A stretch of DNA of 64,000 nucleotides from a virus: the IMG/VR virus record IMGVR_UViG_3300029177_000001, positions 26,630-90,629 of that record. One strand, written 5' to 3'. Positions 1 to 8,662 of this stretch are shown in pieces (the stretch's first letter is position 1; each line of letters begins with the position of its first letter). The notes under the pieces were generated by a model that saw only the letters and a program-made list of their open reading frames with translations, ran no database searches and was not told the DNA's origin. Both the position numbers and the translations under genes were made by a program.

Positions 1-79
1 ACGTTTATTTCGGATGCATTTTTTTAGAAAATCATGTCAAATGTAGAGAATAACGTAATGAAAAGTAAAAAAGGAAAGG

Positions 80-751
80 GTGATTAAAATGAATTGTGTC
101 GTGACTAACGACAAATTGTACATTAGGTTAAACTCTGAAGGGGCTCCTGTTACTTGTTCTAAAAGTAATGCTCAGGTTTTTGAAAAAGATAAAGCTGAGA
201 ACATACATAAAAATCTTCCCAAAGTATTGAAGAATTTTCATTTTAGAGTAAAACCTATTTCAAAGTCTGATCAGGAAGTTATTCAGAACAAAACGGATTC
301 AGATAGTGTACAAACAGAACAGAAGAAGTACATAAAAAAAGACTCATACATACCTTGTGATGAGGTTGTACAGTGGATTGAAAAATCAAAACAGTGTAGC
401 GAATTTGTGGAAGAGGCTACGAGAAGAAGAACAGTATTACATAAAAAATTGGCAAATATTGATCGTGAATTGTCAAACTGTATGCATCAGATAGAACTAG
501 AAAAATGGAAATCTGGTTGCGATGGATACAAACTTTACAAGAGAGAAAAAGAAATTTTAGAAAAGAGACGACAGATTAAAGATGAGTTGATAATCATTCA
601 ATCTGTTCTGGACAACACGAAATGTTCTGTTGTAATTAAGAATATTGAAAAGACATTCAATCGGTTAGGAACTAGGCGGTTTGAAGTAAGAATTGTGGAA
701 GACGATGATTTCTTTGATGAATTACAATCTGAAGGAGGCACATTAAAATGA
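80..751 (+). CDS. hypothetical protein (coiled-coil rich)
   Basis: 223-aa ORF; AG-rich RBS (AAGGAAAGGG) upstream; stop overlaps next start (ATGA). Confidence 0.55.
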   Translation: MIKMNCVVTNDKLYIRLNSEGAPVTCSKSNAQVFEKDKAENIHKNLPKVLKNFHFRVKPISKSDQEVIQNKTDSDSVQTEQKKYIKKDSYIPCDEVVQWIEKSKQCSEFVEEATRRRTVLHKKLANIDRELSNCMHQIELEKWKSGCDGYKLYKREKEILEKRRQIKDELIIIQSVLDNTKCSVVIKNIEKTFNRLGTRRFEVRIVEDDDFFDELQSEGGTLK

Positions 752-1392
752 GTAGACTGGACGAAAAAGAAATAGACGAGATATGTAGATTTTATGTAGG
801 AAACAACATGAAGGAAATCAGAAGAATTTGTGACAAGATTTTTTCTAGTACAAATATACCAAAAGGATATTTGGATGACTACTATGGAAAAGCGGTAGAA
901 ATTCTCGTGGAGAGCATAAAAACATACGATAAATTAAAAAAGTGTAAATTCAATACATATTATTATGGGAACCTTATAAGACGAAGAGAAACGTGGAAAA
1001 GAGATAATTTCAGGTTTAAGCGGTGTAATCTTGAAACAGACAAAAAAGGGAAAATTAAAAGGGATAGTAAAGGAAATCCTGTAATTATTACAGATATTTC
1101 TATACATATGAAAGTTGACCCAGATGAAGATTATACATTGGAAGAAAGCATCTCTTCAGGGTTTAATTTGGAGGATGAAGTAGAGAATAATATTTGTCCT
1201 ACTACAGATAGGATTGAAATGTACAAGAGTAATTTATCTTACAAACAACAAAAAGCGGTTGATCTTATTTGTTCTGGATATTCTCAGGAGGAGATTCTTA
1301 AAGAATTGCATATGACAGAGAGAGAATATAGAGATAAGATACTCGGATCTATGCAGCGTTATGAAAATGTAAAAATATTACTACGTAAGTAA
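748..1392 (+). CDS. putative sigma-70 family RNA polymerase sigma factor
   Basis: region-2-like segment (YYGKAVEILVESIKTY...YYYGNLIRRRE) and C-terminal region-4 HTH (QQKAVDLICSGYSQEEILKELHMTEREY); translationally coupled to upstream gene. Confidence 0.45.
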   Translation: MSRLDEKEIDEICRFYVGNNMKEIRRICDKIFSSTNIPKGYLDDYYGKAVEILVESIKTYDKLKKCKFNTYYYGNLIRRRETWKRDNFRFKRCNLETDKKGKIKRDSKGNPVIITDISIHMKVDPDEDYTLEESISSGFNLEDEVENNICPTTDRIEMYKSNLSYKQQKAVDLICSGYSQEEILKELHMTEREYRDKILGSMQRYENVKILLRK

Positions 1393-1412
1393 AAAATTGG
1401 AGGAATATAATC

Positions 1413-2876
1413 ATGGCAAAGAAAATCAGAAAAAAGACTTTATCTCTGGAATCATACCTGGAGGAAATAGTAGAAGAGGATATCAGTGATAACCAGGATG
1501 TACAAAGGTTATTTTGTTGGGAAAATGGGATGATAAATGAGTTGATCAAAACGGTATTGACCGATGATTATATTCCTCCGATTATTTTGGGCGAAGAAGA
1601 TTTAGATGAAGATGTCGTGCAGCAATATATCGTAGATGGAATGCAAAGAAGTTCTGCATTGATTAAATTTAAGCATGAAAACTATAAAATTACAGCTACT
1701 TTAGAAGATCCGATTATCCAATATCAGAGAAAAAAGAAAGATGAAAACAATAAAATCTGTAAAGATGAATATGGAAAAGTTATTTGGGAATCTGTTGAAT
1801 ATGATTTGAGAAGAAAAACATATGAAATGTTGCCGCCAGAATTGAAAAAAATGTTTGATGATTATCAGATTGATATTACAATACATCAACACTGCACGAT
1901 GTCACAGATTAGTAAGTTGGTGAGAAGATATAACAATCATTTGGGAATGAATACATCTCAGAAAGCATTTACTTATATTGATTTACATGCAAGAAAAATA
2001 AGGACAATATCTGAGAAAAATAAATTCTTTAAAAATTGTATGTCTTGTTCCGGTAAACAGCAATCGAAAGGTATTAGAGAAAGACTTGTATGTGAATCTG
2101 TCATGACAACGTTTTTCTTTGATAACTGGAAAAGTGCAATAAAAAATATGAGCAAATACCTAAATGAGAATGCAACAGAAGAACATTTTGATACTGTAAA
2201 TGAATATTTTAGCAGGATTGAATCTGTGTGCAAAGATAATTTCACAGAAGTGTTTGTGCCAAAAAATGTTATTGTTTGGATTCCTGTGTTTAAAGAGTTT
2301 GCTAAATTTGGATTAGATGATATTAAGTTTAAGGATTTTGTAGAAGAATTTGAAAAGTCTTTATATAAAAAAGATGTAAATGGAGTAACATTTGACAAAT
2401 TAAACGAGGATCGTCATACAAAAGGCAAGGCTATTTTAAAAGAGAAAATTAACATCTTAACTGCTCTCATGAAAGAGTATTTACATATTAAAGAAGATGA
2501 AGGAAACTTTGTTGAAGTAGAAGAGAATAATGTAATTGAAAATGTTTGTACAGAACAGAATACACTAGAATTCATCAGACATAACGTAAAAGAAGATGTT
2601 ATCGAAGATGATATTGAATTGTACAAATCACTGCTAGAAGACTGGTCAGTGGAAGTGGATAATTCGTCAAAACTTCTTGAACCTGGAAATAATAATTCAT
2701 TACTTGCCGTAATTGCATACAGTATTGAAAATGAACTTGATGAAGAAATTCCGGCATGGATGATGAGTTTCTTTAAGAGAAACGATACATATATTAAAGA
2801 TCAGAAAGAGAATTATACATATATGGTGAATGATCTTAGTGAATTTTTGAGACATAAATATGAACTTGCTGGATAG
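1413..2876 (+). CDS. DUF262 / ParB-like nuclease-domain protein (GmrSD N-domain-like)
   Basis: 487-aa ORF with strong RBS (TTGGAGGAAT); N-terminal DG(M/Q)QR motif (VDGMQRSSAL) typical of DUF262; no DUF1524/HNH half recognisable. Confidence 0.6.
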   Translation: MAKKIRKKTLSLESYLEEIVEEDISDNQDVQRLFCWENGMINELIKTVLTDDYIPPIILGEEDLDEDVVQQYIVDGMQRSSALIKFKHENYKITATLEDPIIQYQRKKKDENNKICKDEYGKVIWESVEYDLRRKTYEMLPPELKKMFDDYQIDITIHQHCTMSQISKLVRRYNNHLGMNTSQKAFTYIDLHARKIRTISEKNKFFKNCMSCSGKQQSKGIRERLVCESVMTTFFFDNWKSAIKNMSKYLNENATEEHFDTVNEYFSRIESVCKDNFTEVFVPKNVIVWIPVFKEFAKFGLDDIKFKDFVEEFEKSLYKKDVNGVTFDKLNEDRHTKGKAILKEKINILTALMKEYLHIKEDEGNFVEVEENNVIENVCTEQNTLEFIRHNVKEDVIEDDIELYKSLLEDWSVEVDNSSKLLEPGNNNSLLAVIAYSIENELDEEIPAWMMSFFKRNDTYIKDQKENYTYMVNDLSEFLRHKYELAG

Positions 2877-2893
2877 ATGGAGGTGAATAATAT

Positions 2894-3055
2894 ATGGATA
2901 AAACATTTTGGAACATAATGTCAGTAGGTGGATTAATTACATCGTGTTTAGCCGGCGCTAGATTATATGAAATTGGAGAAGAAGCATTTTTCTATGGATT
3001 TGTATTGGGTATCGGAGCATTGATGTTCGCTGCAAAATATATGGGAGATGAATAG
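2894..3055 (+). CDS. small membrane protein (53 aa)
   Basis: RBS GGAGGTGA 8 nt upstream of ATG; two hydrophobic segments. Confidence 0.35.
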   Translation: MDKTFWNIMSVGGLITSCLAGARLYEIGEEAFFYGFVLGIGALMFAAKYMGDE

Positions 3056-3159
3056 GAAAGAAAATGACAGTGGAAGAAATGCGACAGAAGATTGAAGAGC
3101 CGACAGGAGCAGAGATCGAGATTGTATAAATGTAATAATTAAAAAAGGAGAAATAAATT

Positions 3160-3924
3160 ATGTGTGAATTTAAAAGTGGAATTATTTTTAAGAATAGGGT
3201 GGAACTTGCGCCATTAGGGAATGAAAGTCATTCAAGTTTACTTGAAAACTTGGATGTAGAAGATAATGAATTTAATGCTTCTAAGAAATTTGTGAGAGCA
3301 GAATTAATTCCGCCAGAGAGATATGTTATCACTTCTGATATTTCAAAGTGGACTTATAAAGTCGATCAGGATATTGTGCCAGAATGGTATAGTAACGATC
3401 CAGAGAGATATGAAGAGGAATTTAAAGAATCTGTTAAGAATTTTATGGATAAAAATTTTACAGATGAATTTGGATATTATTGGACAAACATTCGAATGGA
3501 TGGAAAGATATATCATTTTATGTATGGAGTTCTTACGAAGATGAGTTTTGGTAGCAATAATAATTACGCAGAATCTTCTGTAAGAAAATATCTTAAAGAG
3601 CACAAACTTGCAAAAGACATTAAAGATAAATATGGGAATAGTATTGTTCCGTTTGAAAATAACTTGCTTAGTATGGATGGATTTAATGATTATGGCGTTG
3701 TAAAAGACGATGTATTATCTATTCCGACATTTTATTTATTCAGAAAATGTGGTGAAAAACTTCCATTAATCAATTATGCATACTGGCAGTCAACTCCAAA
3801 CCAGACACCGTCAAGAAAAGATTCTTCCTATGTTCAGGTTGTCTACAGTGGTGGGAACATGGGTTACGACGATTGCTGCTGGCTTGATCATGGGGTTCGT
3901 CCGTTTTTTATCACCGAATCTTAA
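3160..3924 (+). CDS. DGR target (variable) protein with C-terminal VR, CLec/FGE-like fold inferred
   Basis: 254-aa ORF, RBS AAAGGAGAAA; the last ~30 codons are a diverged copy of the downstream TR; C-terminus ...GNMGYDDCCWLDHGVRPFF. Confidence 0.8.
   Translation: MCEFKSGIIFKNRVELAPLGNESHSSLLENLDVEDNEFNASKKFVRAELIPPERYVITSDISKWTYKVDQDIVPEWYSNDPERYEEEFKESVKNFMDKNFTDEFGYYWTNIRMDGKIYHFMYGVLTKMSFGSNNNYAESSVRKYLKEHKLAKDIKDKYGNSIVPFENNLLSMDGFNDYGVVKDDVLSIPTFYLFRKCGEKLPLINYAYWQSTPNQTPSRKDSSYVQVVYSGGNMGYDDCCWLDHGVRPFFITES
3824..3912 (+). repeat. DGR variable repeat (VR)
   Basis: 89-nt ungapped match to 4409-4497; 13 of 16 mismatches fall at TR adenines; 3 non-A mismatches cluster at the 3' end (IMH-like). 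Confidence 0.8.
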
Positions 3925-3953
3925 ATCTGTTTATCTTGTCGATAACATTTTGT

Positions 3954-3998
3954 GGAGACGAAGACAGAACAATGCGCAAGCGTTGTTCGTAAGTCTCC
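3954..3998 (+). promoter_or_regulatory. GC-rich hairpin downstream of VR (putative DGR target-recognition stem-loop)
   Basis: GGAGAC...GAACAA-[tgcgcaagcg]-TTGTTC...GTCTCC inverted repeat ~40 nt 3' of the VR end. Confidence 0.4.
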
Positions 3999-4027
3999 GA
4001 AGAACTAAATGCAAGATTGGGGGTCAT

Positions 4028-4381
4028 GTGGAAGTTATTACAAAAGCTATTGATTTGATGCAGTATACATATTCTGTAACTTCAAATAAAAAGAGATATC
4101 CTGCGAAATATAGAATGCTTATAGAACGAATCCAGAATGAGTGTATGAATATATATGATTTCTTAATGAGCGCAAATAGAGTACAACTGAATATTGATAG
4201 ACAAGAAAGATTGGAATTGCAAACAAAATCGATTTCGTCATGTGACAAATTGTCCTGCTATGTTGAATTATCAATGAATATTAACCTTATAGGATCAGAT
4301 ACAGTTGAATATTGGCAGAAAAAGATATGCGATGTTAAGTACATGACAATAGCATGGAGAAGCAAAGATAAAACAAGATAA
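4028..4381 (+). CDS. avd: DGR accessory variability determinant (Avd)-like protein
   Basis: ~117-codon ORF between target gene and TR/RT, the canonical Avd position and size; GTG start with GGGGG 5 nt upstream (alternative ATG at 4058); the listed 201-aa ORF 3776-4381 overlaps the target gene and is probably only real from here. Confidence 0.5.
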   Translation: MEVITKAIDLMQYTYSVTSNKKRYPAKYRMLIERIQNECMNIYDFLMSANRVQLNIDRQERLELQTKSISSCDKLSCYVELSMNINLIGSDTVEYWQKKICDVKYMTIAWRSKDKTR

Positions 4382-4408
4382 AATTTTTTTTGGTTGTTTG
4401 CTATATGA

Positions 4409-4497
4409 CTTCCTATGTTCAGATTGTCAACAGTAATGGGAACATGAATTACAACGATTGCAACTGGAATAATCATGGAGTTCGTCCGTTCTGGATC
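4409..4497 (+). repeat. DGR template repeat (TR)
   Basis: non-coding copy of VR; encodes AAY-rich string (N G N M N Y N D C N W N N H G) characteristic of DGR templates; the ORF 4390-4623 over it is spurious. Confidence 0.8.
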
Positions 4498-4609
4498 GGA
4501 AGACGAAATAGAGTAAGAGAAACACTGAAATTAGAGTCCCGATATCAAAAGAGCAAACAACCTTTCCTGTCTAATCAAAGACAGGATAAATACAAAGGTA
4601 GAATATATC

Positions 4610-5647
4610 ATGATAAAAGGTAAAACAGATTTTGAAAAGGTATCGGATTTTGAAAATTTATATAAAGCGTATTTGGATTCAAAAGGTGGAAGAGGATTCA
4701 CAAAAAGCAGAATTAAATTTGAAATATCTGCCCTTGATGGGGTGTACCAGATTAAAAGACTTTTAGAAACAAAGAGATATGAAGTAGATAGATATAACAG
4801 ATTCAAAGTATATGAACCAAAAGAGAGAATTATAGAAGCAGGAAGTTTTAAAGACAAGATTGTGCAGCACAGTTTGTGTGACAATGTACTTCTTCCTATT
4901 TTAAGTAAGGAGTTTATATACACGAATTATGCTGGACAAGTAGGTAAAGGGACATTGTTTGGCTTAGACTGTTTGAAATATCAGATGTATTTAGCATATC
5001 AAAAATATGGATATGATTGCTGGATTATCAAAGGAGATATCAAAAAATTTTTTTATAATATTGAGCATGATGTTTTGAAAGATATTGTTTCTTACTTTAT
5101 ATCAGATTCAGATACATATTGGCTGTGCGAGAAATTCATTGATAGCACAAGTGAAAAAGGTCTACCGCTTGGAAATCAAGTTAGTCAGGTATTTGCTTTG
5201 TTATATCTCTCTGGTTTTGATCATTTTATAACCGGAGAATTAGGAATTAAATATTACGGGAGATACATGGATGATTTTTACTTAATTGTAGAATCAAAAG
5301 ATTATGCAAAATTCTGTTTACATGCTGCTGAAGAGTTTACTAAAACATTAGATATTGATCTGAATGAAAAAACTCAGATTATTCCTTTTAAAAATGGAAT
5401 TAAATTTTGTGGTTTTCACACCTATGTTACAAAAGATGGAAAAGTGATAAGAAAACTTGCAAATGAAAAGAAGAGAAAAGCAAAAAAGAAATATCGAAAA
5501 ATGGCAAAGATGTTAAGAGAGAATAAGTTATCAAAAGAAAAATTCCTAGAATCTTATGAATCTTGGAAGAATCATATTTCACATGGAAATTGTGTGAAAT
5601 TCACGTATGAGATGGACAAAATGGTGAATGAAATACTGTTTGGTTGA
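4610..5647 (+). CDS. DGR reverse transcriptase
   Basis: RT motifs incl. GLPLGNQVSQ (DGR-type [I/L]GxxxSQ rather than group II SP) and YGRYMDDFY (YxDD); 345 aa with no maturase/endonuclease domains; directly downstream of TR. Confidence 0.9.
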   Translation: MIKGKTDFEKVSDFENLYKAYLDSKGGRGFTKSRIKFEISALDGVYQIKRLLETKRYEVDRYNRFKVYEPKERIIEAGSFKDKIVQHSLCDNVLLPILSKEFIYTNYAGQVGKGTLFGLDCLKYQMYLAYQKYGYDCWIIKGDIKKFFYNIEHDVLKDIVSYFISDSDTYWLCEKFIDSTSEKGLPLGNQVSQVFALLYLSGFDHFITGELGIKYYGRYMDDFYLIVESKDYAKFCLHAAEEFTKTLDIDLNEKTQIIPFKNGIKFCGFHTYVTKDGKVIRKLANEKKRKAKKKYRKMAKMLRENKLSKEKFLESYESWKNHISHGNCVKFTYEMDKMVNEILFG

Positions 5648-6038
5648 AATGTCGATTTCATCTGAAAATAAACACAATATATAGTGGTTCTGGTTAGGTA
5701 CAAATACTACATATTGTATGTATAATTCCTGAGATGGAAGTCATATACGGACAGTCATTGCAAGAAATGAATTGCAATGCGACAACTGTCACTTCGTCAA
5801 TTATCTCTTAGGATAATGGCGATAATGCTCATGGACGAATTCCCACTTCTGGAGCCGGAACCGCCAATAAGCATCGACATGAACCATATTATATTCAGCA
5901 TAAAATCATCTCCTGGTTTCATGCAGACGAAAATATATCGCATGAATTTATCTGGATGATTTCTTGTATGTGGTGGTTGTCATAAAACAGTATATAACAA
6001 AATTTGAATGAAAGCAAATAGAAAAGGAGAATAAAACT

Positions 6039-6410
6039 ATGACAGTATATGATTTAGTAGCAATTGTGAATTTACTAGAAGACAAAAAACAAAAAGATTA
6101 TGGGTTTGCTTTATACAAGGAAGAATATGAATTACTTAGAACAGCAAGCTTAGAAAATACACTTGTAGTTGTTAATGCAAGAGGAAAAGATAGGAGAGTA
6201 TTAGGAAAAGTAAAAGTGATTTTACCTGCGAGTGTATATGGTAAATATCCTACAGCTCAGGTAGTTGGCGTTGTTAATATGGAGGCATATTCAAAACGTA
6301 AAGAGGAAGAAGAACGTATTGATAGAATCAAAGAAATAAATCGTTTAATTAATAAGAACAATAGAGAGTTAGTGAATTTAATGACAGAACTAAGAAAATT
6401 AGAAGGGTAA
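6039..6410 (+). CDS. hypothetical protein
   Basis: 123-aa ORF, RBS AAAGGAGAAT. Confidence 0.5.
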   Translation: MTVYDLVAIVNLLEDKKQKDYGFALYKEEYELLRTASLENTLVVVNARGKDRRVLGKVKVILPASVYGKYPTAQVVGVVNMEAYSKRKEEEERIDRIKEINRLINKNNRELVNLMTELRKLEG

Positions 6411-6427
6411 AAGGAGAAATAAATAAT

Positions 6428-6610
6428 ATGAAATATCCATTCCAGTGCTCTAAATGTGGACACAAAGAAATTATTACAATGTCAATGAAAGAATACGTAG
6501 GAGAAGGGCATATGTGTCCTGAATGCGGAGAAGAAATGCAACGAGAAATTGACTCGATGGTCTGTAGAAGTATTGATAAAACAGGAGACTTTTACAGAAG
6601 CTTCAATTAA
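6428..6610 (+). CDS. small zinc-ribbon protein
   Basis: CxxC...CxxC (CSKCGH...CPECGE); RBS AAGGAGAAAT. Confidence 0.5.
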   Translation: MKYPFQCSKCGHKEIITMSMKEYVGEGHMCPECGEEMQREIDSMVCRSIDKTGDFYRSFN

Positions 6611-6624
6611 CGATTTATAAAAGT

Positions 6625-6695
6625 TGTGGATTAGTGTAACTGGTAGCACGATGCAGCGTGGCACATAAGTAAAGGTTCGATTCCTTTATCTACAA
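6625..6695 (+). tRNA. tRNA-like element (acceptor, D-arm and T-arm fold; anticodon arm non-canonical) - possible pseudo-tRNA or tRNA-derived site
   Basis: 7-bp acceptor pairing tgtggat/atctaca (one G-U), D-arm gtgt-aactggta-gcac, T-arm aaagg-TTCGATT-ccttt; no canonical 5-bp anticodon stem found (only cacg/cgtg with 6-nt loop containing GCA). Confidence 0.3.
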
Positions 6696-6942
6696 TTCAT
6701 ATGCAGAACAATTTCCTATACATGTTTCATGACTCCAATAAAATAAGATACATAAAGTTCTGCATATGATTTTTCATTGGTGTTTATAATCAAATATCAC
6801 CTAAAGTAAATCAAATATTTAGAAACTGTAAACGTTGATTCAACAAACTATTTCATTTGTCGCTATTTGAAAATGTTTGTGAGCTGCATGTGATATAAGA
6901 TTGTAAATACCGATGTGATTAATATTAAAAGAGGTAAGTCAA

Positions 6943-7485
6943 ATGAGCAGTTGGACATATGTACATGGAACAATTGTTGTTTCTCCTCTAGGTAGGACAC
7001 AACATGAAAAGAGATATATTCTTGAAACCGCACTCGATCATCTTCCTGTCGTAACAGGGTCAGAAAGAGATATGGAAGTATATGTGATTCAAAAAAGAGG
7101 ACATAATTGTTCAAGTTTTTCTGACGAATTTCTTGAGAGAACAAATAATTTGAGAGATAGATATGGAGACAGAAATCGGAAACGAGGGTTCTTACGAACG
7201 CAAGACGAATATATTCTCGTTGTTGATGGATCACTACGTGATAGAGAGTTTAAAGATACATTTCAAGAATTTATGAAATGGATTTGTAGATTGTCAAAAC
7301 GAGTTATTGTATACGATGTAAATGTAAAAATTTGGGGATTTGATAAGCAATATTTTATCAATAATCCAGATCAGTTTTCTGATATGTATGAGTACAAAGA
7401 TAATTGGTGTAATTACTTAATGTGGGAATATGATAGAAATGAAGAAGGAAGTTTATTAAGTGGAAAGCCAGGGAAGAAAAGATGA
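6943..7485 (+). CDS. hypothetical protein
   Basis: 180-aa ORF, RBS AAAGAGGTAAG. Confidence 0.5.
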   Translation: MSSWTYVHGTIVVSPLGRTQHEKRYILETALDHLPVVTGSERDMEVYVIQKRGHNCSSFSDEFLERTNNLRDRYGDRNRKRGFLRTQDEYILVVDGSLRDREFKDTFQEFMKWICRLSKRVIVYDVNVKIWGFDKQYFINNPDQFSDMYEYKDNWCNYLMWEYDRNEEGSLLSGKPGKKR

Positions 7486-7883
7486 GAAAACCTAAAGTAG
7501 AAAATAAATACAACTTAACAATGAAGAAAATCCAAAAACTCAAAATTGGTGATGAGTACAAAATTAAGAAACCTTTATTTTGGAGAAATAATATTATTAA
7601 TGCATGGTGTATTAATGGAACTGTTGGAACGTATCAGGATATAAAGTACTGTACATATAATGAATTTTGGATAGGGATATATGATAAACCATATTGCAAT
7701 AGTAGAATTCGTGCTTATTGTAATTGTTGGGGAGGAATGGGTACTTATAAATTTGACAAGTTTTTTAGACCTGAAGATATTGAGTGTGAAAATGATTTAA
7801 AAGTACAGGAAGAGTTGTTAAAAACAATAAATAATTTGATTGATGAAGGGATTTTGGTGATGGAAGATGGACGGAACAGTTAA
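7482..7883 (+). CDS. hypothetical protein
   Basis: 133-aa ORF overlapping upstream stop (ATGA). Confidence 0.5.
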   Translation: MRKPKVENKYNLTMKKIQKLKIGDEYKIKKPLFWRNNIINAWCINGTVGTYQDIKYCTYNEFWIGIYDKPYCNSRIRAYCNCWGGMGTYKFDKFFRPEDIECENDLKVQEELLKTINNLIDEGILVMEDGRNS

Positions 7884-8079
7884 ACAATTTTTAAAAAATA
7901 ATCCGTCAGTGATAGTTTCAATACGATATTATCCATTTAATGACGAATTTGAAGTAAGATTGAGCAATTATCATACAAATAAACATGCATATATGATATT
8001 TCGTGATATAAATGAAATTTCATTAGATAAAATGGTTTGGATTGTTAGTAATAGATTTAGAGAAGAATTGTTGGAGTGA
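7867..8079 (+). CDS. hypothetical protein
   Basis: 70-aa ORF in operon context. Confidence 0.4.
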   Translation: MDGTVKQFLKNNPSVIVSIRYYPFNDEFEVRLSNYHTNKHAYMIFRDINEISLDKMVWIVSNRFREELLE

Positions 8080-8402
8080 TTATAAATATGAACGAGAAGA
8101 AAGTTAGAGAAGCGATAGGAAGGCTCCAAGTTGGGATTAATGCGAAAAGAGAAATGATAAAGCATAATAAAGCATTTTTCCAGAAACAAGATAACAGTTA
8201 TTTGGAAAGTGATATTGAGGTTTATTGTGCAGCAATCGAAGCATTGGAAAAGCAGTTACCAAAGAAAACTATAGATAAGAGTTGTGTGAAAGATAATGAT
8301 ACTATTTACGGATATGTTGGTATATGCCCTAGTTGTAACGGTATTGTTGACGATAGTATGATTGTTTGTGATTGTACACAAGTACTTGACTGGTCGGAAT
8401 AA
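8076..8402 (+). CDS. hypothetical protein with C-terminal Cys cluster
   Basis: 108-aa ORF; CPSCNG...CDC. Confidence 0.45.
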   Translation: MIINMNEKKVREAIGRLQVGINAKREMIKHNKAFFQKQDNSYLESDIEVYCAAIEALEKQLPKKTIDKSCVKDNDTIYGYVGICPSCNGIVDDSMIVCDCTQVLDWSE

Positions 8403-8452
8403 TATTCAAGTTCCCTGCGAGTAATCGTGGGAGAGCGGAAAGGTGGAAGAAA

Positions 8453-8662
8453 TTGAAGAACCCAAAGAAATGCCCGTTTTGTGATTCCGACAGTGGATAT
8501 TACATGCTGGAAAGAGTGCATAGAGCTTTATTGTTTAATTTTGACGGTGATCCGATCGGAGGAACGGAAGATGTGACAGACTACGCGGGGCGTAGAAAAC
8601 GATGTATGAACTGTCACAAGATACTCCCCAAAAAATTGTTTGAGGAAGTGATGGAAAAGTAA
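8453..8662 (+). CDS. small zinc-ribbon protein
   Basis: CPFCDS...CMNCHK; RBS GGTGGAAG. Confidence 0.45.
   Translation: MKNPKKCPFCDSDSGYYMLERVHRALLFNFDGDPIGGTEDVTDYAGRRKRCMNCHKILPKKLFEEVMEK

Noticed and set aside
3776-4381. 201-aa ORF overlapping the 3' end of the DGR target gene
   Set aside because: The first ~85 codons are an alternative-frame shadow of the target gene's VR region. Only the distal ~117 codons (from GTG 4028) fit an Avd-sized gene with an RBS.
4390-4623. 77-aa + strand ORF (MVVCYMTSYVQIVNSNGNMNYNDC...)
   Set aside because: It covers the DGR template repeat. The Asn-rich translation reflects TR AAY codons, there is no RBS, and TR is expected to be non-coding.
4610-5647. Reverse transcriptase as a group II intron maturase or a retron RT
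   Set aside because: No intron RNA domains, X/maturase or En domains. Motif 4 is the DGR-type xGxxxSQ. An adjacent VR/TR pair with adenine-specific differences is diagnostic of a DGR.
5777-5959. 60-aa ORF in the gap after the RT
   Set aside because: No RBS and a repetitive (MRQLSLRQLSLR) start. The region is better explained as structured non-coding DNA.
6625-6695. Confident call of a functional tRNA-Cys (GCA)
   Set aside because: A canonical 5-bp anticodon stem with a 7-nt loop cannot be drawn, and the element is ~3 nt short, so it is kept as a tRNA-like element only.
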